From: Microthyrium microscopicum
Taxonomy: Eukaryota
DNA: 64,000 bases
Assembly (NCBI GenBank): GCA_010405405.1
Contig: MU004230.1
Span: forward strand, 2,948,627 to 3,012,626
Direction of reading: 5' to 3'
Shown here: positions 61,875 to 64,000 of the stretch, piece after piece
Layout of the letters: the number at the start of each line of letters is the position of its first letter
How positions within the stretch are numbered: the first letter of the stretch is position 1
Notes under the pieces: generated by a model
The model's input: the letters and a program-made list of their open reading frames with translations, nothing else
The model's database searches: none
What the model was told of the DNA's origin: nothing
Made by a program: the position numbers and the translations under genes

Positions 61875-62296
61875 GTTTGCGTCGGCGAGTCGAAAATGTA
61901 AACGAGTGCTAACGGCAATTCATATAGACTGAAAGCTGAAATGTTGAACTGCTGGTTGATGGAACTATTGAAGAATGTTACCAGTCAAGCTGCCTCCAGG
62001 AGTCGAGTTGGAGATAATGGAGGGAGATGGGTTGGATCGGACTTGCGCTGTACAATTACTTGGCTTGAGCTCCTGCCAATTCAGAGGCGCGATGTTTATG
62101 GCGTCCACGAGCTGGTTGCGGGGTGACCAGTTTGGTGCCTGGATTGGCAGGCACCACTCGAACCATATCAGGCCACTTTCCTAACTACCAAATTGAATAT
62201 TCTAAGTACCAAGAAAATCTTCCTCCATACAGTATTCTTCGGGTGAATGAAATAGTTTCTCCTGGAACGTTGCAAGCTCGAGGTTCAGGCCTGAAA

Positions 62297-63948
62297 ATGC
62301 ATCATCCATTCCAAGTAATCGCCAAAATCTCGCGTCCTGAGAAGCAATTTCTGCTCGCTGCGAGTGGACCAAAACTTCTCTGTGTGAATTTAGAGGATGG
62401 AACAATAGCATCGCAATGGCAGGCAGAAGTAGTTAAAACCGCTGCCGTGTCCGAAGTAAGATCATTACAGATAATGGGGAAAAACACTCTCTAACAAAAT
62501 ATTTTCAGAAGCTCAAGACAGAAGAGTCTAATGAACCACCGGCAAAGAAGCGAAAGACTGCGCAACCAGAACAAGAAGCGCCCAACGTTACAGCCATCGA
62601 AATCACTCCAGATGGCTCTCATGCTGTAATCGTAACCGGCGAGGATAAGACCATCCGCGTCTTTCACGTCTCTAGCGAAGGTGTCTTGACAGAAAAGAGT
62701 CAAAGGTTGGTCACCTCCCTATAGCAAAAAACCAAACCCCTGACGTTTCTAGATGCATGGCCAAGCGGCCTTCAGCAATTACGCTCACAAATGAAGGAAA
62801 TATGATACTGTGTGCAGACAAGTTTGGAGATGCTTACTCACTGCCTCTTCTACCCACTCCGGAACAAGACGAAGCTGCGAGGCAAGCCGCTGTCAACATA
62901 GCAAAGCCTAGGGAACCAGCAGCTTCCGAAACTACAGTTCATTCCAAAGCCAACAGAAGAGCTTTGGAATACCAACGGAAGCAGGCCGAAGAAAAGACGA
63001 AGGATAATGCGCAAGAGAAGGACCATTTGAAGCTAAAAGAGACTCTTTTATTCGCCCATGATCTACTACTGGGACATGTCGCTATGGTTATCGATATCAT
63101 TGCAGCCCAAAAGCCGCCGGTTAAAGAAGGACAAAGACCTAGATCCTATGTTATCACATCCGATAGAGACGAGCACATCCGTGTGTCTAGAGGCCCCCCT
63201 CAATCCCATGTTATAGAGTCGTTTTGTCTCGGACATGGAGAGTTTGTCAGCAAGCTTTGCCTTGTAGATCCAGATATCCTTGTCTCTGGGGGTGGAGATG
63301 ATGACCTCTTCGTCTGGGATTGGCTTGGAGGGCGCCTACTTTCCAAACTTTCTCTCAGATCTGCTGTTATCAGAGTTACAGGTCAAAGTGAGGATGACTG
63401 TAAAATCGCTGTGTCGGGCTTATGGTTACTCCCTGGGACGACAGCTGAACAGGTTTGTTTTTCTCTGATCTGTGATACTTTAAGCTAACAGCTGGTGTCA
63501 GAATCGACTTCTCATCGGATGCGAAGGAGTACCAGCTTTATTTCATTGCGCTGTTTCAACACTACAAGATGACAACGCCACTATAGATACCTTTCCTCTG
63601 GACGGAAATTTGCTCGATCTGGCCATTGATAAGGGACTGATTATCGTCTCCATTGACAATATTCACAAGCCAACGTCAGTGACTGACATTGACAATAGCA
63701 CAGTGAGTTTTGTATAAGCAGTTTGTGACATTGTCTAATGAGTGTTCTAGATTTTCAAGCCCAGATTACAAATTTTTACGCTTGATGAGGCGTTACAAAA
63801 TCAGACAGAAACATTCAGGCATCAATTAGTAGAAGTCAACGAAATGATGACTACAGAGTGGCATGAAAAAAGCCTCCGGACATTACTCTATGGCATAGGT
63901 CCACTACGGAAACGAAGGAATGAGTACGGCGCTGATCTGGAAGAGTGA
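62297..63948 (+). CDS. TRM82: tRNA (guanine-N7)-methyltransferase non-catalytic WD40 subunit
   Basis: MHHPFQ start, TGEDKTIRV, MAKRPS, ADKFGD, LLGHV, TSDRDEHIRVSR, FCLGH.EFVS, SGGGD; four introns. Confidence 0.93.
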
Positions 63949-64000
63949 ACAGCCTGTGAAAATATTTCTCTATCACTTCAATATGAGTCTTTGAATGACG

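Overview
Filamentous ascomycete (Pezizomycotina) genomic DNA with spliceosomal introns and a RIP-mutated AT-rich block. The gene-dense left arm holds the SLY1 3' end, a GH3 beta-glucosidase, class I myosin, a 1058-aa hypothetical protein, PSY2/PP4R3, a secreted Pro-rich protein with two SH3b-like Cys domains and an S53 tripeptidyl-peptidase. The central ~14.8 kb AT-rich island (26522-41332, with one N gap) resolves into a single large hAT element with TIRs and an 8-bp TSD. Nested inside it are a pogo/Tc1-mariner element and an apparently ORF1(gag)-only LINE-like element, plus ~6 kb of undecoded extra sequence. The right arm holds an HsbA-like cell wall protein, IPI3, NSR1/nucleolin, ALG6, a small membrane protein, a JlbA/IDI-4-like bZIP factor with a candidate CUG start, a D-2-hydroxyacid dehydrogenase, NCE102, a polo-like kinase and TRM82. 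Two inverted copies of a small MITE-like element and a third TIR-bounded hairpin-rich element lie in intergenic DNA. All assignments come from reading motifs by eye; no database searches were run.
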